A DNA stretch of 51,360 nucleotides from Candidatus Heimdallarchaeota archaeon (GTDB lineage: Archaea; Asgardarchaeota; Heimdallarchaeia; Heimdallarchaeales; Kariarchaeaceae), in assembly GCA_029882335.1 (NCBI GenBank), contig JAOUKW010000001.1, positions 1-51,360 on the forward strand, in the 5' to 3' direction. The stretch's first letter is position 1. Each line of letters opens with the position of its first letter. Below, piece after piece: positions 45,641 through 51,360 of this stretch. Both the position numbers and the translations under genes were made by a program. Below the pieces are notes generated by a model that worked only from the letters and a program-made list of their open reading frames with translations, did no database searches and was not told the DNA's origin.

Positions 45641-47773
45641 TTGGAGAAGATTATTCTGAATACTAATTCTGAAAATTTATTTCCAATAATTGGATATGAT
45701 ATATTACCAATGGCATCTTCAATAAATGAAGAAGAACTAAGGGTTTCAGCAGTTTTAGAATTTGAATCTGGAAAAACTACAGAATGGTCCAATATTAATA
45801 GAAGAAAATTACTAGCTCTAATTAGAAAATATAAGGTTAAATCAATAGGCACCGATAATCCTGCTGAAATTCTGCTTACAGGAGAGACATTATCCTCATT
45901 TTTAAAACATTTACCAGTAGTTTCATCTTTAATCCATGTAAATTTAACAAAAGAAGGTATTTCTGTTTCAATGAGTAAATTAATACAACATCATAATATT
46001 ACTCCATCGAAAGAAAAGTTAAGTCCGTTAAAAACAGCAAGAGCAATTGTTAAATTAATAAAGCTCAACATTGGAATGGTTTTAGAAGGGTTTGAAAATG
46101 AAACAATAATAAAAATAGGCTTCCCAAATAAAAGTAAGAAAGGTGGATTTTCACAGGCACGATATCAACGGCAAAATGAAGAAGTTGTTTTTAGGAGTTA
46201 TAAATTTTTAAAAGAATCATTAGAGCAAAATAAATTAAATTTTGATTATAACATTGTTACAACAAAATATGGAGCTAAATTCGCAAAATTTCATATATTT
46301 TCTTCAATTATGGAAGTAAAAAATAATGTTAAAATATCTTCACTTTTTCCAGCAAAAATTAAAATGTGGAGTCCACAGAAGAAAATAGTTACACATAGAC
46401 CTCTTACCGATTCTCCTCAAATAGAGAAAGTGAGTTATTATAATCATCTAAATAGATTAATCATTGGAATAGATCCAGGAATGGTAACTGCAGTTGCGAT
46501 GATAAATTTATCTGGAAAATTAATTAATGTAACTAGTAGGAGGAACTATTCCAAAGGAGAAATAATAGAAACAATTCGAGAATTTGGTGTACCTGTTTTA
46601 ATATGCTCTGATGTTCGCCCAATACCTACTCTTGTAAAGAAACTAGCCAGCTCTTATCATACACATGTATTTTCACCAAATTCTCTATTATCAAAAACAG
46701 AAAAGAGATCAATGGTTTCTAAATTTTTAGAATTTACTTCATTAAATAATCATGAAATAGATGCATTATCTGCATGTATTCATGCATTTAATAATTATCA
46801 AGATGATTTTTTGAAAATTGATACAATGAACTACTTGGGCACGGAAAAGGATATGATAAAAAGTTTATTAATTCAAGGCTTTAATCTTCATGATAGTATG
46901 GAAAATATTGAAAATATGCGAATTTCCAATTTGGATGTAGAACATACAAAGGAGATTAAAGAATCAAAAAGTGAAGATATTTTGGTATTATTAAATCGAT
47001 TTCAACATTTAAGTGCTGAAATTTCATCTAATGAGTCTTTGATTAATAATCTACGTGCACAAATAGGGAGATTAGAATCAAAATTAATATCTTTGGAAAG
47101 TATAAATAGTAGCCTAGAAAAGAAATATTCTGATTTAGTTAATGAGAAAACGTTAAACCTACTTGGATCAGAATTAATCTATCAAAAGGAAATACAAATA
47201 TCTCATTTAAACAGAGTAATTATAGAAAAAATTGATTCAGAAGAATCTTTGAAACAAAGGATATCAGATCTAGAAAAACTTATTTGGTTATCCATCGATA
47301 ATGATCAAAGAGCTATAAGAATTTTGAAAAATTTTTCACAGGATGGTATTTATCAGTTGAATAAACAAAGAGAAATTAGTCCTGCTGATATTATACTAAT
47401 ATTAAATCCAACTGGTGGAGGTCCGTTAACCTCTCAATATCTAGCTGATAGTAGAGTGCGATTAGTTTTTATTGAAGGACACAACCTTTCAGATGAAGCT
47501 GATTATGTACTTGAAAAAAATAATATTCCCGTTCTTCGAAGTGAAAAATATAATATTGTAAAATTAGCAGAATTTGCAGTAATCTCAAATAAAGAATTAA
47601 CAAAAGCATTAGATGATTATGAAAAATTACAAATGCAAAAATTTTCAAGAGAAAAATCTTCATTGATAAACTCGACAATTAAAGAATACTATTATGAGCG
47701 TGAAAAAGAAATCATTGCAAATAAAAAATCTTACGATAATTATGAACCTGAAGATGAAGAAAGTGGTATTTGA
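45641..47773 (+). CDS. Large RNase H-fold (RuvC-like) plus coiled-coil protein, DUF460-like
   Basis: The central block LIIGIDPGMVTAVAMINLSGK...VLICSDV...HEIDALSACIHAFN has the RuvC-like acidic motif order. Long coiled coils lie C-terminal to it. The TTG start at 45641 is uncertain (next ATG at 45707). The family name is from memory only. Confidence 0.5.
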   Translation: MEKIILNTNSENLFPIIGYDILPMASSINEEELRVSAVLEFESGKTTEWSNINRRKLLALIRKYKVKSIGTDNPAEILLTGETLSSFLKHLPVVSSLIHVNLTKEGISVSMSKLIQHHNITPSKEKLSPLKTARAIVKLIKLNIGMVLEGFENETIIKIGFPNKSKKGGFSQARYQRQNEEVVFRSYKFLKESLEQNKLNFDYNIVTTKYGAKFAKFHIFSSIMEVKNNVKISSLFPAKIKMWSPQKKIVTHRPLTDSPQIEKVSYYNHLNRLIIGIDPGMVTAVAMINLSGKLINVTSRRNYSKGEIIETIREFGVPVLICSDVRPIPTLVKKLASSYHTHVFSPNSLLSKTEKRSMVSKFLEFTSLNNHEIDALSACIHAFNNYQDDFLKIDTMNYLGTEKDMIKSLLIQGFNLHDSMENIENMRISNLDVEHTKEIKESKSEDILVLLNRFQHLSAEISSNESLINNLRAQIGRLESKLISLESINSSLEKKYSDLVNEKTLNLLGSELIYQKEIQISHLNRVIIEKIDSEESLKQRISDLEKLIWLSIDNDQRAIRILKNFSQDGIYQLNKQREISPADIILILNPTGGGPLTSQYLADSRVRLVFIEGHNLSDEADYVLEKNNIPVLRSEKYNIVKLAEFAVISNKELTKALDDYEKLQMQKFSREKSSLINSTIKEYYYEREKEIIANKKSYDNYEPEDEESGI

Positions 47774-48264
47774 AAATAAAAAGCACTATCTTCAACTAAA
47801 TTTTGAATAAGTTGGTATTGTATTTTCTGATTATCAAGAGTGGATTTAAATTCGCTAACAAAATTTTCTTTGTTTAATATTGTGATAAGTACTAAATTGT
47901 ATTGATAATCCATTATTGAGGTAACTCTCTGTAGAGCTTTTGCCTTATGTCTAATATTTTGAAATACACTAAAAGAAAATAAACTAGTTATCGAATTCTT
48001 TCTTATGGGTAGGTGTTCAATATCACAACAAAGTGCAAGGAAGTACCGTTTTGATTGAATACCTTGCAAAAGCATTTGAAATGAAATATCCACATTAATT
48101 AACGGTATTTCTATCCATTCTGATAATAATCCAGTACCTCCACCTAGGTCTATTGCCCAATCTATTGGTTGAATTAATTGTTTACAATGAGTAAATTTTT
48201 GTTTTTGAATTATTTCATACATTGAATCATAATCATTAGAAATAGTATCATAATATGTTATCAT
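47740..48264 (-). CDS. Class I SAM-dependent methyltransferase
   Basis: Motif I AIDLGGGTGLLS, followed by an acidic strand end and motif-post-I-like DISFQML. 174 aa. It overlaps the convergent upstream gene by 34 nt. Confidence 0.65.
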   Translation of the reverse strand: MITYYDTISNDYDSMYEIIQKQKFTHCKQLIQPIDWAIDLGGGTGLLSEWIEIPLINVDISFQMLLQGIQSKRYFLALCCDIEHLPIRKNSITSLFSFSVFQNIRHKAKALQRVTSIMDYQYNLVLITILNKENFVSEFKSTLDNQKIQYQLIQNLVEDSAFYFQIPLSSSSGS

Positions 48265-48438
48265 TTTTTTTTTTCCATATTTTAATTAGAAATTGAATAG
48301 AAAAAAATATTATTATTGATAGAACGCCTTAATGATTAAAGCATTTTTTACCATTAAGAAAAACAGTAACACATTATTTATTTCTTAAGAATAATAAAGA
48401 ACTTTAGAGATAAACTATCTCAGAATTAGGTGGATTTT

Positions 48439-49554
48439 ATGAGTACATTTCAGGATCAAATAAAAGAACTTGAGGATCAAATAAAACGCACCAAAATAAA
48501 TAAAGCTACAGAAAAGCATGTTGGATTGTTAAAAGCAAAAATTGCTAGATTAAAAAGAGAACAACAAGATCGATTAATGGGAGGAGGTTCTGGTGGTGGG
48601 GATGGTTATGACGTAAAGAAATCAGGAGATAGCAGTGTCGCACTGATAGGATTACCTTCTGTTGGAAAATCAACTTTATTAAACCAATTAATTAATCAAA
48701 AAATTTCTCAAGTTGGTAGTTATGCTTTTACTACATTAGAGGCAATTCCTGGTATTATGTCTTATGAAGGTGCATCTATCCAAATAATTGATTTACCTGG
48801 GATAATTTCAGGTGCTTCAAAGGGTAAAGGTCAAGGAAAACGGGTTTTAGGTGTGGCTCGTGGTGCAGATTTATTATTGATAGTTTTAGATGTTTTTAGT
48901 GCATTACATCATTTTGAATTGATTATTAATGAATTGAGTTATGTTGGAATACGATTAAATCAAGAAGCTCCTGATGTTGTAATTAAAAAAACTAATCGCG
49001 GCGGTATTGGTATTGCTTCTTTGAAAATTTTGACAAAAATAGATGATAGTACGATAAAATCGATAATGAATGAATATCGATTGATTAATGCTAATATAAC
49101 TATCAGATCAGATATCAGTGATGACCAATTGATCGATGTACTGGAGGGAAATCGGGTTTATATTCCTGCTTTTATAGTATTAAATAAAATTGATTTAGTT
49201 TCAGATTTAGAGTTGCGAGAAGTTAAAGAAAAATTAAATATGAAAAACATTGGTATCTCTGCAGAAAGTGGGAAAAATATAGATGAACTGAAAAAAATTA
49301 TATTTAATTATTTAAGTTTAATAAGAATTTATCTCAAACCATATGGTATGGAAGCTGATTTTGAAGAACCTTTGATAATACGAAATGGAGCTGATGTGGG
49401 TGATGTTTGTGATAAATTACACAATTCCTTTAGAAAGGAATTTCATTATGCTCGTGTTTGGGGAAAATCGGTTAAGCATTCAGGTCAAAAAGTATCAATT
49501 AAACATAAAATGGAAGATGGTGATGTTTTAACTATCGTTAGGAAAACTAATTGA
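48439..49554 (+). CDS. drg: DRG-family (developmentally regulated) GTP-binding protein, Obg-like with TGS domain
   Basis: N-terminal KINKATEKHVGLLKAKIARLKRE (DRG hallmark), G1 GLPSVGKSTL, YAFTTL, G3 DLPG, G4 NKID, C-terminal TGS (DGDVLTIV). The ATG at 48439 is preferred over the GTG at 48430. Confidence 0.85.
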   Translation: MSTFQDQIKELEDQIKRTKINKATEKHVGLLKAKIARLKREQQDRLMGGGSGGGDGYDVKKSGDSSVALIGLPSVGKSTLLNQLINQKISQVGSYAFTTLEAIPGIMSYEGASIQIIDLPGIISGASKGKGQGKRVLGVARGADLLLIVLDVFSALHHFELIINELSYVGIRLNQEAPDVVIKKTNRGGIGIASLKILTKIDDSTIKSIMNEYRLINANITIRSDISDDQLIDVLEGNRVYIPAFIVLNKIDLVSDLELREVKEKLNMKNIGISAESGKNIDELKKIIFNYLSLIRIYLKPYGMEADFEEPLIIRNGADVGDVCDKLHNSFRKEFHYARVWGKSVKHSGQKVSIKHKMEDGDVLTIVRKTN

Positions 49555-49590
49555 TTAAGGTCTTTATAAATTTTCATTAGTAGTAGTTTT

Positions 49591-50487
49591 ATGGTATTTG
49601 TAAATAAATTTGAATCAAATAATATATCCTCAATATTTACAAGGAAAAAAGGATATACTAAAATAAAATCATCTTTATCCTATTCAAATGAAAGAGCTGT
49701 AAAAATATTAAATACATTTACACCACAAGGTGTTAGTCCAAAAATATGTTTAAGGATTGGTAGTATTGATAATCAAATTGGTGTTGGTTATTATTATATG
49801 GAAGATAATTCAACTGTTAGAATATCCACGTTTTTATCACCAATTCAAATAAATAATTTAGAAGTGTTTACACCACCTATCGAAGAGGATCAAATTATTA
49901 GATTAGCAAAGGGTGAATTATCTATGATATCTCATAAATACAGCTTTTTCACAAATACATTTCTAGATATATTTGACAATGAAGATGCTTCATCAATCTT
50001 ATATTCAATTTTGTCTGGTGATAATCTAATTATTGTACATCCTAATCACACCGATAGACTACAATTTATGGCTTCATTGTTAAATGTCCTACCAAAAATT
50101 ATTTTTCAGTATAGTCGTTTGACAAGTAGTTGTTCAGAATTAGAAGGCAATGAAAATATCATTGGTGTTGAAGAATTACCAAAAAAATATCGATCCCATA
50201 AAAAATTATTCTTATCCTTAGATACAATATTCATAGATCTTACGACTAGATCAATTGAGGGTGAAGGAATAAAAAATTGTAATCTAACAAGAGATGTAAT
50301 TTCAAAAATAAAAGAAAACTATTCAAATGGAATAATAGATTTACAAAATATAATTGAAGATATTATTAATAATAATTCCGCCTTTATTGAGAAATTGGAT
50401 GCCCAAAGTGGTTATTTAGTTAATACCATTCAAGAAAAATTAAACATAACAAATGAATCTGAACAGAGTTGGATTATGTCTTTTTAA
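49591..50487 (+). CDS. Hypothetical protein; possible longin/DENN-like fold (speculative)
   Basis: 298-aa ORF starting 36 nt after drg on the same strand. Residues about 134-222 (ILYSILSGDNLIIVHPNHTDRLQFMASLLNVLP...NIIGVEE...LFLSLDTIFIDL) loosely follow the core-DENN hydrophobic pattern. No strict motif. Confidence 0.45.
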   Translation: MVFVNKFESNNISSIFTRKKGYTKIKSSLSYSNERAVKILNTFTPQGVSPKICLRIGSIDNQIGVGYYYMEDNSTVRISTFLSPIQINNLEVFTPPIEEDQIIRLAKGELSMISHKYSFFTNTFLDIFDNEDASSILYSILSGDNLIIVHPNHTDRLQFMASLLNVLPKIIFQYSRLTSSCSELEGNENIIGVEELPKKYRSHKKLFLSLDTIFIDLTTRSIEGEGIKNCNLTRDVISKIKENYSNGIIDLQNIIEDIINNNSAFIEKLDAQSGYLVNTIQEKLNITNESEQSWIMSF

Positions 50488-50585
50488 TGCATAAATGATC
50501 TGTTTTTTTGAAAATACAAAAATAATTAATATTAATTTATTTTTTAACCGAATGAATTATGATGTAATAATATCACCTTCCAATA

Positions 50586-51260
50586 GTGGAAGATAGTGAT
50601 CAATTTTCAGGGAGAATGTTGAGTGAAACAGAACCCTCACTTAAATTTAGTGTTTGTGAGGTTTGTAATGTTAATATCCCTAATTGGATGGAAAGTAAAT
50701 TTATTGATACTATAATATATGTCCGGTTTACTTGCGATGATTGTCATCAGATGAATATTGTAGTTTCGCATTCAGACAATCCAATTATACAAGAAAATCG
50801 TGATTCTTGGGTTGAAGATTTTATCTCTGAACAACGATCTTCTGGGAAATTAACCACAATTGATACTGATATAAGGATTGATCATGATTTCTCAGAAACA
50901 TCTATTGATGAAATTGTTGAGGATCAAATTGAGGAAGATCAATTAAATGACCATCGTGTTGCAATTTGGTCTACTAAATTCATACATGAATCATTATTTG
51001 GGGCAGATCCCGTTAATTGGCTAGATCAACAAGGAGCATTTGCAGAAAATGAAATTGATATTACAATTATTACACTGTCTAACTTTTATAATAACAATGT
51101 AACAAATGTTAAATTATCAGCTATACAATGTTTATTATATTTATTTAAAAAATCACCTATTCATAAGAATTTAATAATAAATTCAATTAAATTATATGTG
51201 AATGACACTGATCCTCTAATCAAAGAATTTGCAGAACAAACACTAAATCAATTGTCGTAA
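50586..51260 (+). CDS. Hypothetical protein with N-terminal CxxC...CxxC zinc-ribbon-like segment, acidic linker and C-terminal HEAT/ARM-like helices
   Basis: CEVCNVN...CDDCHQ, an acidic linker (EIVEDQIEEDQ), and a helical-repeat-like C-terminus (IQCLLYLFKKSP...DTDPLIKEFAEQTL). The GTG start is uncertain (ATG at 50616). Confidence 0.45.
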   Translation: MEDSDQFSGRMLSETEPSLKFSVCEVCNVNIPNWMESKFIDTIIYVRFTCDDCHQMNIVVSHSDNPIIQENRDSWVEDFISEQRSSGKLTTIDTDIRIDHDFSETSIDEIVEDQIEEDQLNDHRVAIWSTKFIHESLFGADPVNWLDQQGAFAENEIDITIITLSNFYNNNVTNVKLSAIQCLLYLFKKSPIHKNLIINSIKLYVNDTDPLIKEFAEQTLNQLS

Positions 51261-51360
51261 TAATCTCATAATCTTAGTGTATTACCTCAACTTAAATGCA
51301 AAAAATAATATAGATAATTTAGGTTGTTGTTAATATGCGTCTTGTAACAGTACATATGCC

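Noticed and set aside
1-51360. CRISPR arrays, IS elements or transposases, integrases, prophage or defence islands
   Set aside because: No regularly spaced direct repeats, no terminal inverted repeats flanking an ORF, and no recombinase, transposase or Cas-like motifs were seen. Gene content is housekeeping throughout.

Overview
Very AT-rich, tightly packed archaeal chromosomal segment with about 50 protein genes, three tRNAs and one 23S rRNA gene. All calls rest on motif recognition from memory; no searches were run.

The core machinery is archaeal:
- replication and repair: PolD small subunit, multi-OB RPA, RFC large subunit, Hef helicase-nuclease, FtsZ
- translation and ribosome biogenesis: Cbf5, Nep1, eL14, uS10, Sec61-beta, Rio2, NOG1 and DRG GTPases
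- metabolism: two-subunit 2-oxoacid:ferredoxin oxidoreductase, a FrdCAB-like succinate dehydrogenase/fumarate reductase operon, and a GGGPS-like lipid prenyltransferase

Several eukaryote-like proteins sit among these, pointing by inference to an Asgard (Lokiarchaeia-like) genome. They are an OSTC/DC2-like oligosaccharyltransferase subunit, two Arf-like small GTPases with a shared novel N-terminal module, and a Roadblock-like protein.

The strongest finding is in the 23S rRNA gene. It stands alone, with no 16S or 5S in the window, and is bracketed by a long processing stem. It is about 780 nt too long because of two ORF-less insertions:
- a 420-nt element with all hallmarks of a group I self-splicing intron (P1 with a U.G pair, P10, omega-G, P/Q/R/S core)
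- a 362-nt structured insertion at the apex of helix 89 near the peptidyl-transferase centre, whose class I could not resolve

Other points worth checking:
- a classical zwf/gnd oxidative pentose-phosphate pair, unusual for archaea
- five convergent gene pairs that share a palindromic TTAA double stop
- two RuvC-fold proteins
- a possible DENN/longin-like protein downstream of DRG

No CRISPR array, transposon or obvious defence island was seen.
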